Shown here: one piece after another, positions 11,047 through 20,331 of the stretch | Position numbering within the stretch: the stretch's first letter is position 1 | Layout: every line of letters starts with the position of its first letter | Assembly: GCA_000165345.1 (NCBI GenBank) | Contig: CM000435.1 | Coordinates: 32,001 to 96,000, forward strand | Direction of reading: 5' to 3' | Length of the DNA stretch: 64,000 nucleotides | Program-made: the position numbers and the translations under genes | The notes under the pieces: generated by a model | What the model saw: only the letters and a program-made list of their open reading frames with translations | Database searches by the model: none | What the model was told of the DNA's origin: nothing

Positions 11047-12843
11047 ATGCGTCCATCTCTACTTTTGGGGAGTTCTGTGAGAAGAAAAAATTGCATAAAA
11101 AACTACTTGGTATCCTCAGATACTGAAATTGAAGATGAAAATAATAACATAAATACTCCTGTAAAAAATCTAACTATAAAGTTAAAAGAGGAGCACTATT
11201 ATAGTGATAATTCAAACATTAATGAATGCTCCTCAAGACCATCAATAAGCTTAGCAACATCTGTTAGAAGAAAAGTGTATCACATAGACTCCAGCGAAGA
11301 TAGCTATACAGAAGACGTAAACTTAAGCTATTTAAACAGTAATCCAAGTACTTTTACATCTGATATACTGGAAAATCTCCATGAGTCCCCAACTCAGCCT
11401 TGTATTCACTATAAAAGTGAATTTGAGCCAAATAACAATCCCTCTTCTAATTACTCAAGTATTGGAAGTAGAAGGAGAAACTGTATATTTAGTAGCGAAG
11501 AAGAAGATATTATCCCGTTATCTTCGAGGCCTTCAATTAAATATCAGTCTTCAGTTAGAAGGAAAAACAATTCAAGAAAAATTTTTACAATAATTGATTC
11601 AGATTCTGAAGATGAGTTAAGCAATAATGCAGCAAGCAAAAGATCGTCTTTTTGTCTAGGCCCAGAACTAATCTGTGAGCCAAATATTCTCAACTGTACA
11701 CCAGAACAACACAATATCTGGAGGTCATTTGACTCTGATTTAGAAATAGATGAAACAAATGTTTCTATAGATACTCTACAAGAATTGGAGTGGAAAACAG
11801 CTATTTCATCTTCAGACTTTGAAGATGAAGAAGTGGAAAGAAAACATCTGACTGGTTATCAGTCTGAGGAAATTGAATATGAAGACAAAACTGGAGAATA
11901 TCAAAATACTCCCAGAATGGATGAAAAAGAAGTATTACCAGAAAAATATAGTTTATTTAGTGATGAAGATATAGAAGATCAAAAGTCTGATTTGGAGGAG
12001 ATCAAGGAAAATGTTAGCTCAAAAGATCTGAACTCTAATCAAGTGACAAACTTGACAAAAGAAATCCCCTTGAAAAATAAATCCGAAAAATTTGGAGCAT
12101 TCATAAGACAAAGATCATCAATTGCAAAATATTGGTACCAAAAGTTTAATAAGCAAGTTTTCCATAATAGGCTTCCAGAGGAAGTTCCAATTAAATGGAC
12201 AGGAAGGCTTCAAAGAACAGCAGCTCAAACACTTTTTATTACTAATATAGATGGTTCTAAAAGAGTGGTAATTAAGCTTTCAAAGTATGTTTTGGATTGT
12301 GAATTCAGATTAAAGAAAACACTGTTACATGAATGTTGTCATGTAGCTCAATTTTTATTAGATTCTTGTATTAGGCCTCCTCATGGACAAATATTTATGA
12401 AATGGGGAAAAGTAGCTACAAAAGTGTTTCCTGACTTAAAAGTTGAAATATACCATAATTATGAAATAATATACAAATACAGATATCAATGTTTAAGATG
12501 TTTTCAGATGTTTGGAAGACAAACCAAAATAAATGATGAAACCAAGATTGTTTGTTCAGTCTGTAATGGTACAGTAATATTTATTGGAAGAGGAACTTTA
12601 AGCAATAGTAGGAAGGAATTTCAAGTAAAAGCACAGAACCCTCCAAATACACAGAAGAGTAAATCCAACCCTTACTCTGAGTTTGTAAAGGAGAAGTTTG
12701 CAGAGTTCAAGAAGGATATTAGGGATGGCAGAACCCCCTCCAGAAGAGCTCCAAGCATAATGAAAGAAATTGCAAAGCTTTGGAAACAAAAAAAGTCTGA
12801 AGATTTGATTCAAGACTTCGAAAAGCTTTCCATAAACAATTAG
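11047..12843 (+). CDS. GCNA/ACRC-like protein: acidic Ser-rich disordered N-terminus, SprT-type zinc metalloprotease domain (HExxH), zinc ribbon and C-terminal HMG-box-like tail
   Basis: 598-aa ORF with an ATG start. The N-terminal ~350 aa are low-complexity with SSVRRK repeats and D/E/S-rich stretches. The SprT-like core follows: WTGRLQRTAAQT...LLHECCHVAQFLLDS...PHGQIFMKWG. A Cys4 ribbon (CLRCFQMF...CSVCNG) comes next. The basic tail (NPYSEFVKEKFAEFKKDIRDGRTPSRRAPSIMKEIAKLWKQKK) resembles an HMG box. Confidence 0.65.
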   Translation: MRPSLLLGSSVRRKNCIKNYLVSSDTEIEDENNNINTPVKNLTIKLKEEHYYSDNSNINECSSRPSISLATSVRRKVYHIDSSEDSYTEDVNLSYLNSNPSTFTSDILENLHESPTQPCIHYKSEFEPNNNPSSNYSSIGSRRRNCIFSSEEEDIIPLSSRPSIKYQSSVRRKNNSRKIFTIIDSDSEDELSNNAASKRSSFCLGPELICEPNILNCTPEQHNIWRSFDSDLEIDETNVSIDTLQELEWKTAISSSDFEDEEVERKHLTGYQSEEIEYEDKTGEYQNTPRMDEKEVLPEKYSLFSDEDIEDQKSDLEEIKENVSSKDLNSNQVTNLTKEIPLKNKSEKFGAFIRQRSSIAKYWYQKFNKQVFHNRLPEEVPIKWTGRLQRTAAQTLFITNIDGSKRVVIKLSKYVLDCEFRLKKTLLHECCHVAQFLLDSCIRPPHGQIFMKWGKVATKVFPDLKVEIYHNYEIIYKYRYQCLRCFQMFGRQTKINDETKIVCSVCNGTVIFIGRGTLSNSRKEFQVKAQNPPNTQKSKSNPYSEFVKEKFAEFKKDIRDGRTPSRRAPSIMKEIAKLWKQKKSEDLIQDFEKLSINN

Positions 12844-12865
12844 AATATTGAAGTAATATATAGAT

Positions 12866-13528
12866 CTATTTATCAGCTTGTTTCATACTAGTTTTACATT
12901 GTTCTCTTATTCTATTGATTTTTACTAACCTATATTTATAAATCAATGAGTTTATTACGAATAAACAAATTAGTATCAAATCAATTATTAACGAGTATTT
13001 TACATATTTATAAAATGTATATTTGTATCTTATAATATTTCCGATGCTATTCATATGATAAGCTCCAATATAAGCTGAGTTAATCATATTTTTGTTATTG
13101 TTGATAGGTATCGAATTTTCAAAGAATTTTCTTGAATCGTATTTCAATTCAGTTATTACAAAATCTGCCAAGCTTTGTATCATACTTGTACATACATCCA
13201 TTTTAATCCAGTAATCTTCTTTTTGGAGCTTTTTACCAAACAATGTCCCGAAGCTTTGTATTCTACAATTTATTCCAATAGAATTAGGAAGTTCTTGTAA
13301 TGCATTACTACTTAAATAGTTCGGTCCATACCTCAGCTCCCCTAACATGCTACATCCATCCATACACTCAGTATTATGCTGAGTCCAGTAATTTAATCTG
13401 CAATTCTCCAATGAAATATCATTTTTCTCAGAAATTGAATTTGGTACTATATCAAAGTTAAGCAACCATCCATATATTATTTCAAATAATAAAATATATA
13501 TTAGAAGGCAATATTTAACCTTTTTCAT
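12866..13528 (-). CDS. Hypothetical secreted or type-I membrane protein (signal peptide, Cys-containing ectodomain, C-terminal hydrophobic segment)
   Basis: 220-aa ORF with ATG at 13528..13526. N-terminal hydrophobic signal (MKKVKYCLLIYILLFEIIYG) and a C-terminal hydrophobic stretch (YSLIIDLILICLFVINSLIY). I recognise no family. Confidence 0.4.
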   Translation of the reverse strand: MKKVKYCLLIYILLFEIIYGWLLNFDIVPNSISEKNDISLENCRLNYWTQHNTECMDGCSMLGELRYGPNYLSSNALQELPNSIGINCRIQSFGTLFGKKLQKEDYWIKMDVCTSMIQSLADFVITELKYDSRKFFENSIPINNNKNMINSAYIGAYHMNSIGNIIRYKYTFYKYVKYSLIIDLILICLFVINSLIYKYRLVKINRIREQCKTSMKQADK

Positions 13529-13715
13529 TTCTATTTTATTTTGTTCATTTATTATTTTTTTACTCCTATTTATAAGGCTTAAAATATTTCACAATTTACA
13601 TGTAATTTAAATGCATGCATGCAGTTTTACTAATAGAAACAAAGAATTACATAAAACAAATGCTTTATAATAAATTAATTAACTCTAATAAGTTAAAAAT
13701 ATAATAAAATTAACC

Positions 13716-14695
13716 TCAGAACTCAACAGGAATAGTTTTATATACACACGAGTATGCTGGAGAATTTGACCTTTCTACTTTCTTTGCTTCTTCCGTGCTT
13801 GTTTTGATTGCAGTTACACAAGGATCTGAACTTAATTCATCATCTGGAATTCTCTCAAACAACGTCTTATAGGTATCCATCACCTTAACTGCCCAAACAT
13901 AATAGTCATATACATCGGTTACTATATAAATCAATCCTCCCTCTTGTAATAAGTACCAATACAAAGGAACAGTTGAGTAACTAATACAGTGAAAAAAAGG
14001 AATTAAGAGTTAAGTTAAAATATATATATGTATATATTTAATATTAAAACTGCAAAAAGGTCCAAACTTACCTCACAATTCTTCTTCTCCAGTTTCTTTT
14101 TTTGAAATGTGGATCTGGGAAACAAATAAAAATCATTTCTAACTGATGTTTTGTAATGTAATTTGGTAAATATTTCATTGCATTCGTTTTAACTACACTG
14201 ATATTCTTTCCAGTACCATTTTGTTGCATTGAAAGTATTCTTTCCCCTACGTAATTAGTTACTTTCTCTCTAATCTCTAACCCTAATGCAAGCTTGTCTT
14301 TAAAATGCTCGCTCAACCAAACTAGTAATCCTCCATATCCACATCCAATATCTAATATCTTTAAATGTTTCGAAATTGCTACACTTTTTTCACTTAAAAT
14401 TTTGTTTTCACTGTATTTTATGGGGTACTTCTTAGTATTTAGATGAAGCTCCTTTTTAAATCCTTCCTGATCAGAATAATAATTTGGATAATGTAATTCC
14501 CAGTCAATGTAATCTGGACTTAATGGGTGTATCATAAAATTGTCAGCCAATGGATTACAGTGCTACAAATGTAATTATTTGGTTCATTTTTGATCATTTT
14601 AATTAGTCTTTAATATAAAATAAACTTACTGCTCGTTGTCTATAATACTTTTTTTGAGGATGTTTAACTACTTGATCATGTTCGTGGTCTTGCAT
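13716..14695 (-). CDS. TRM8: tRNA (guanine-N7)-methyltransferase (Trm8/METTL1). Three exons: join(13716..13980, 14072..14562, 14630..14695) on the minus strand
   Basis: Exon 1 encodes MQDHEHDQVVKHPQKKYYRQRA, which matches the conserved KKRYYRQRAH start. Its GTAAGT donor is at 14629..14624 and the 67-nt intron ends in TTTGTAG. Exon 2 encodes HCNPLADNFMIHPL...ILDIGCGYGGLLVWLS...FICFPDPHFKKRNWRRRIV, covering the SAM-binding motif and the PDPHFK motif. A second GTAAGT donor at 14071..14066 opens a 91-nt intron ending in TATTAG. Exon 3 encodes SYSTVPLYWYLLQEGGLIYIVTDV...FERIP...STEEAKKVERSN. The ORF track splits this gene into two pieces and gives the larger one a TTG start. Confidence 0.85.
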
Positions 14696-15080
14696 AATTA
14701 AAATACAAATTGATTTCCTTTCTATTTCAACTTTTTTTTGTATTCAATAGTAGTCTTTGTAACTTGTAATATCCTATAAAAATTAACACTTAAAAATACT
14801 CTAATTTGTGTTTAATAAATTTATTAACTTTTCTTTAAAAGAATTTTTTTCTTTATTTCAACCTATTCGATACCGTCTATACCGGTAATGATAAACAATT
14901 ACCGGTGTGCAAAAGAGATCTAAAAATGAAAAAAATAATATTTCTGAATAAACAGTAGATTTATTTTAGTATAAATATCTTTCATTTACCAATTAACTTA
15001 TCTTTTGTCCCACTATTCATAAATTCAAGTAGTAAATCCTTTTTACCAAGCTTTTTTAATTCTCAAATTGACCTTTATGA

Positions 15081-15091
15081 TTTGGCGCCAC
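15081..15091. promoter_or_regulatory. E2F/DP-like element TTTGGCGCCAC, 46 bp upstream of the WD-repeat gene ATG
   Basis: This is one copy of the recurrent GC-rich motif GGCGCCAAA/TTTGGCGCC. The motif occurs only in intergenic DNA here. Other copies: 9495..9506, 21352..21363, 22463..22472 (GGCGGCAAG), 23640..23650, 27104..27114 (TTTGGCGCGAG), 28294..28307, 45693..45702, 46392..46403 (perfect palindrome TTTGGCGCCAAA), 52488..52500 (GCCCGCCAAAACC), 55765..55775, 62118..62130. Confidence 0.5.
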
Positions 15092-15136
15092 TACTTTTTT
15101 GACTTAATATCAGTAATACTTGGAGTTTAGGAAAAA

Positions 15137-16691
15137 ATGACATCTTTTAGTACTTCTCTTCAAGACTGTGAGAATGAGACTCTCTTAAACTTAAATCATT
15201 CTTTTGAAATAATTATGGATTGCAAATTTAATGAGAAGGATAACCTGCTCTATACTTCTCATGTTGACGGTAAAATCTTCGGGTATGTTTCCAAATAATG
15301 AACAAGAACACAATCTGAGATAATTAACTTTACTATTTTAGGTTTGAATTTGACTTTCATGAAAATAAACTTAATTCCGCATCAAAATTGTTTGGAAAAA
15401 AAGGATCCTGTAGAAATGTTGAATTTATGAATGGTAAGTTTAAATTTTTTATTTAAAATATAATTAAACGAGAATTAGATAATATTGTTGCAACATACAA
15501 TACTGGAGAAACTATTCTATTGGACAAATCAGGGAAAGCTATTTGGAGAACCTCGAAAAGGTAAGTAATATTAATAAACATTTTAATTTTCATAACACTT
15601 TTTAGTGGAGTTGGGATTAATGCAGTTGCTTGTTTAAGTAATAATGTTATTGCCACAGGGAATGATGAGGGATTCATTGAGGTACGACTTTCTTATAATT
15701 TTAGTATAATAAATTACTTACATGATTATTTAGATGTGGGATGTTAGAGATAAAAGTAACAAATCATTTTCAAAGTTTAGAGATTACGAAGACTGTATTA
15801 ATGGTTAGTTAATACAAAAAAAAAATGAAAAATAAGATATTGATTTTTTAAAAAAATTAATCCTAGATATTTATAATATTGAAGAAAAAAACTCTTTAAT
15901 TATTATTTCTGGTGATACTTTGGGTGTATATGACACTAAAAGTATCACCAGTAAGAAAAACAAAGATCATCTTCTTTCATTGTCTGATCCTCAGGAAGAA
16001 AATATATTATGTTCCAAAGCTATTCGCGTAAGTTCAGATAATTCATATTGTTTTCATTTTTTAAAAAAGCATCAACCAATAAATTATTTCAGAACAATTC
16101 AAAAATTGTATGTGGAACGGATGAAGGAAATCTATTATTTTTTTCTTGGGATAACTTTGGAGATTGCACTGATCGTATGTTAATCCCATTTGTTGATGGG
16201 TTTGAAAATGATAACAGTGTAGAACATATACAAATATATCAAGACCAGTTTGCCATTATTTCAACTAGTGATGGAATATTAAAAGTAGTTGAATTCTTTC
16301 CAAACGAGATACTCGGTAAGTTTTAGAATTCCTCAACGATTGAAGGTTCGAGAAAGACTATCTGAACTTTTTTTGTTTACATCTTAAATTTATTCCATTT
16401 ATTTTAGGTACACTCACATTAAATTCTCGAAGTAAATCAGAAAATATTAATATTGAATGCTCAAAAACAACAATTTCAAATTCAAATAATTTCATCAGTA
16501 AGTTATAAATATCTTCAAATCAATTTTTTCTTTTATCGCATCTTTTAGTTCATTCTCATGGAGTTAATCTTGATTTCTATAATTTAAGTATGGTTGATGA
16601 CATAATTACCAAAGGTTCATCTTCCAACACTTCAAGTAAAAAAAAGAGAAAAAAGTCAACAATTCACAATGATTTCTTCCAGGACCTTTAG
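15137..16691 (+). CDS. WD40-repeat protein with nine exons: join(15137..15282, 15342..15433, 15473..15560, 15606..15681, 15734..15803, 15867..16027, 16093..16315, 16408..16497, 16549..16691)
   Basis: Hand-assembled. Donors are GTATGT, GTAAGT (four times), GTACGA and GTTAGT; acceptors are TTTTAG, TTTCAG and CCTAG. Introns are 39-92 nt and the phase is continuous to a TAG stop. Protein: MTSFSTSLQDCENETLLNLNHSFEIIMDCKFNEKDNLLYTSHVDGKIFG|FEFDFHENKLNSASKLFGKKGSCRNVEFMN|ELDNIVATYNTGETILLDKSGKAIWRTSK|SGVGINAVACLSNNVIATGNDEGFIE|MWDVRDKSNKS...|...IVCGTDEGNLLFFSWDNFGDCTDRMLIPFVDGFENDNSVEHIQIYQDQFAIISTSDGILKVVEFFPNEIL|...|...SSKKKRKKSTIHNDFFQDL*. The repeats are WD-like (GxDxG...WD). It may be WDR55/Jip5-like, but I cannot confirm that. 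The exon 2/3 acceptor could sit 6 nt downstream without changing the frame. Confidence 0.65.
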
Positions 16692-16786
16692 TTTAAAATA
16701 TATTTAATTTATATTTTTTCATTCATAAATTTGTAATCTTATTCCCGAAATTTCTTTTCAAAAATAAATACTATTTGTTTATTTAT

Positions 16787-17227
16787 TTACTCATGAATGA
16801 GCTCTTCTGGTGATTCTTCTAAATATCTCATTCCCTTACTATAAGTTACTGGAACATAAACATTAGGTTCAGATTTTGTAACTGGCACATACATTTGTGG
16901 TGGGGAAGGGTTTCCTTTTGCATAGCCAACTGGAACATATCTCATTTGCTGTTTTTGAGGTACTACATAGGTGCTTTTTTCTGGAACTGTATACATTACT
17001 TTCTTATAGCTCTTTGCTGGTACATATTGTACCTTTTGCATATATACTGGCTCATATACAGTGTTATATTGGCCTTTTCCATACAATCTTCTTAGGTTAG
17101 TTTCCTCATTTGGAATGCTTGTTTCATTTATTGAATTTTCGATCGAAATATTTTCTCTTTCCTCACAACTTATTAATCCAATAAGTAAACCAACAATAAT
17201 AAATATTAACCTCATATTTCCTATCAT
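16787..17227 (-). CDS. Secreted low-complexity protein with degenerate Y-V-P-V/K repeats
   Basis: 146-aa ORF with ATG at 17227..17225. Signal peptide MIGNMRLIFIIVGLLIGLISC. The body is built from repeats such as QYVPAKSYKKVMYTVPEKSTYVVPQKQQMRYVPVGYAKG...MYVPVTKSEPNVYVPVTYSKGMRYL. An ApiAP2-like and CACGTG motif cluster lies 150-200 bp upstream (17371..17420). Confidence 0.5.
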   Translation of the reverse strand: MIGNMRLIFIIVGLLIGLISCEERENISIENSINETSIPNEETNLRRLYGKGQYNTVYEPVYMQKVQYVPAKSYKKVMYTVPEKSTYVVPQKQQMRYVPVGYAKGNPSPPQMYVPVTKSEPNVYVPVTYSKGMRYLEESPEELIHE

Positions 17228-17612
17228 TTCTTATTAAATTTGAAAAAAAAAATCAATATTTTATTCTTACAAAGTTATAATTGAAAAATCTTAATTATTC
17301 TCAGAATTACCATCCATGCAAATCATGTAATAGTGCCACAATAATCATTACGTAATTAATATTTTTTTTGACACGTGGCATCCACATAAAATTGCATGTA
17401 TAACACATTTGCATGTATTTAAAAGAATTACATGCAAGTTAGTATTGGAATTTAGGAATAAAAAAATCAATAAATAAACAGAATAAGATTTTATTGAATT
17501 AAAATAGCATATTGGAATTAACAGATTATTAATTATTGCTTAAATTGCAATTTTGTAATAGAACTTATTAATAATCTTTAAAAATAGAGCTTTAACGATA
17601 ATAGTAAAACAA

Positions 17613-18949
17613 TCATTTTTGTAGATTTTTACAAACTTTTTCGATAGAGGAGCTCAGATTTGTGAATGATAGCTTGCAAGCTTCTAAAGTCTTTTCAATT
17701 TCAATTTGTTGCGATTCCATAACTAAAGGAAAAATTGATGTTAAAAATTCATGATATAATTTATTCGAAAACGCTTTAACCTTACCTGTGAGCCTTGAAT
17801 TAATTGTAGAGACATCCTGATGTAAAACTTTCAAAAGTTTTAGTCTTTCCAATACAAATGGTAGTGCTGCGCCGGTACATTTCCATTTCTGAATGATATC
17901 ATAAAGTTTGGTAATTTGTGTAGAGTCAGTTTCATTAAACAAAGAATCATTAAGGTCCTTTCTCTTCTTGTTAAGTTGTTCAATCGATGTGGATAATGCC
18001 TAAAAGAACATAATTTATTAAATTAAATTATGAATAAATTCGTTCGCTTCTTTGATTATTAAGATCAAAACCTACCTGCACTCTTCTAAAAATTCCTTCT
18101 AGTCTATTTGTATCCAGGAGTGAAAGTCTTTGAGAAATGTTGTGTATTGCACTTTGAATATCAGAATATGGCATTTCCGAAAGCCGGTCGACACCTATTC
18201 TTGACTCTACTTCATAAACCCTTCTCTCCAGCTCTAACAGATTTTTCAAATCAAGAATGCTTTCCGAATTATCTTTCATGCATTCAATAGATATCTCTAT
18301 TTCCTGTTCTTTATCTTCAACTCCCTCTCCTGAGGTGCTTTTACCTACACTATTTATATACTGAAAAAATTTGTGTTTTTTGCTTTGATCATCAAATTAA
18401 ACTTACGTTTGAAAGCTCATCAAGTAAATCTTTTGTTGTAAAACTTTGCTGTTTTAGTGTATCTAAGGAACTCATTGAGTTCTCTAATGACTTTTGTTTA
18501 TCAATCAGACTATTTAAGTTGTTCTTAATATCTTCAATATCGGATAATAGCGATGTTGAGTCATTCAAAAGTGCAACATTAAAACTTTTGCTCAATTCAT
18601 GTTCCCCCTTCTTAATGGTCTCATAAGCTTTTACAGTATTTTCTATTTCAGAAATCTCAGATTTTATACGAACCAATGAACCATTCACATCTTCACTGCT
18701 CAGTGTAGTTCCCTTTAATCTATTTAATTTAATATTCTCATCAGTAGATAAAGCTTTAATTAATTTTAAATAGTCTGTTTTCACTAATTCCCCATTAATC
18801 ATCTGTTCATTGCTTTGTACTATTCTTCTATATGATTTCAATACGGAAGAATTATCATTTGAAAGAGAATTTTCATCGTTTTGAGACTCTTGCTCGTTCC
18901 TATTCTCCGGATCATATTCAAATACGGTATCCTCTGTGCCCCTTATCAT
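17613..18949 (-). CDS. Dynactin subunit 2 (dynamitin/p50). Three exons: join(17613..17999, 18076..18360, 18407..18949) on the minus strand
   Basis: ATG at 18949..18947. Exon 1 ends ...DELSN at a GTAAGT donor (18406..18401), and its 46-nt intron ends in TTTTTTCAG. Exon 2 ends ...FRRVQ at a GTAGGT donor (18075..18070), and its 70-nt intron ends in TTCTTTTAG. The total is about 404 aa, mostly coiled coil. The C-terminal block KLYDIIQKWKCTGAALPFVLERLKLLKVLHQDVSTINSRL parallels the dynamitin motif [32 protein letters not shown]. The N-terminus TVFEYDPENRNEQE parallels DVYETSDLPEDDQAE. Confidence 0.7.
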
Positions 18950-19251
18950 TTTGTGTGCAGCAATTATAGATCAAATTATAGACAAATCCTTTAATCAAAA
19001 GCTCAAAATAACTATTTCAAACAATCATCTGCCTTCCAAGAACTGTTTTGATTTAATCTTTATTTATTCCTCTTATTTCTTTGCCCCTATTATGCAATTT
19101 TTTCCCTAAATAAAAATCAAAACAAAAAAAAAAATAAATCCAATTTCCCGCCCAAAATTATAATTACGTTCAAGCCTTTCCAATTTAATATAAAGCTAAA
19201 TTTGTTTGTTCAAAAGTGAAGCTGTGATGTAAAATATTTTATTCTCTGGAA

Positions 19252-20310
19252 ATGCTTCTAAGAGTTTTGTTTCTCGTTGTTTTCCTTACTTGCTTATACG
19301 ATCTTAGGGTTTTTTCTGCTCATCCATATAAGTCTATCGTAATTCACGAGGTGGAAGAGTCCGTCATTGAAGAGCAAATTAGAGCAGCGAATCGTATTGC
19401 TTCCGTTTCTACAGACTCAGTCTCGCTACCAAGTAAACTGTCTGCATATAATTACTGCAAAACTCTCTCTAAACTGGTAGGATCAAAGTATCACTGGGGA
19501 GATGTTTCTTATACTTGGCAAAAAAGATTTAGAAGATTTGGCTACTGGGTTTGCTTTAGAGATTGTGGAGGAGGGGGGGACTGTCTTTATAATTCAATTA
19601 TATCATCTTTGAATCTTAGTAATACTAGCGTTTCTATGCTTAGAAGGCTAGTTGCAGATCAATTTGTGGGTATTAACACTACATCATTATATAGTTCCGA
19701 TGGAAATACAAAAACTTCGAATATTGAGAATATAATTGATGCAAGTGGAGAAATTTTAAATACCTTAAATTATAATAATACTGCTCATCCCAACTCTAAT
19801 TCGAATTCCAACTATACAGATCTTTTAAGTAATTGGAACGAAACTACTTACTTAGAGAGAATGGAAGTTCTTGCTACAACAGAAGCATTTGGTGACTGGA
19901 AAGATCTATGGTCTCCTTCAAGCATACTAAATAGCAATTTTCAGTATGGAACAGATATATCCACAAACATTAAAAAAGCACTTTTGGTACACAAATTTTT
20001 GTCCAAACCAGGAAATACCCATTGGGGAGCCCAATGGGATGTAAACTATATAGAGAAAATCTATAATGTCAAAGTTATAATACTATGGAAGAATAGAGGA
20101 ATCTTTTACCCTACACTTGGAGATCAAGTGGATTTCACAAAAATTGTTTTAATTTATTACGATGATGCTATAGGGCACTTTCAAGTAATTGGACTTAAAA
20201 AAATGAACTCACCTCCTAAATCTGACTTAATTTCAGTGTTCAGTAAGGAAAAAATCCCTACTTCACTCAAAAAATTATATAAAGATGATACAAACAACGA
20301 TTTAGACTAA
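19252..20310 (+). CDS. Secreted OTU-like cysteine protease (putative deubiquitinase fold) with an N-terminal signal peptide
   Basis: 352-aa ORF with an ATG start. Signal peptide MLLRVLFLVVFLTCLYDLRVFSA. The catalytic Cys motif is GGGGDCLYNSIISSL (compare the OTU DGNCLFRA motif). A C-terminal HFQVIGL stretch resembles the OTU His loop. The middle of the protein contains an N-rich insert. Confidence 0.55.
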   Translation: MLLRVLFLVVFLTCLYDLRVFSAHPYKSIVIHEVEESVIEEQIRAANRIASVSTDSVSLPSKLSAYNYCKTLSKLVGSKYHWGDVSYTWQKRFRRFGYWVCFRDCGGGGDCLYNSIISSLNLSNTSVSMLRRLVADQFVGINTTSLYSSDGNTKTSNIENIIDASGEILNTLNYNNTAHPNSNSNSNYTDLLSNWNETTYLERMEVLATTEAFGDWKDLWSPSSILNSNFQYGTDISTNIKKALLVHKFLSKPGNTHWGAQWDVNYIEKIYNVKVIILWKNRGIFYPTLGDQVDFTKIVLIYYDDAIGHFQVIGLKKMNSPPKSDLISVFSKEKIPTSLKKLYKDDTNNDLD

Positions 20311-20331
20311 TTATTTAGCTTACCTAAGAAA

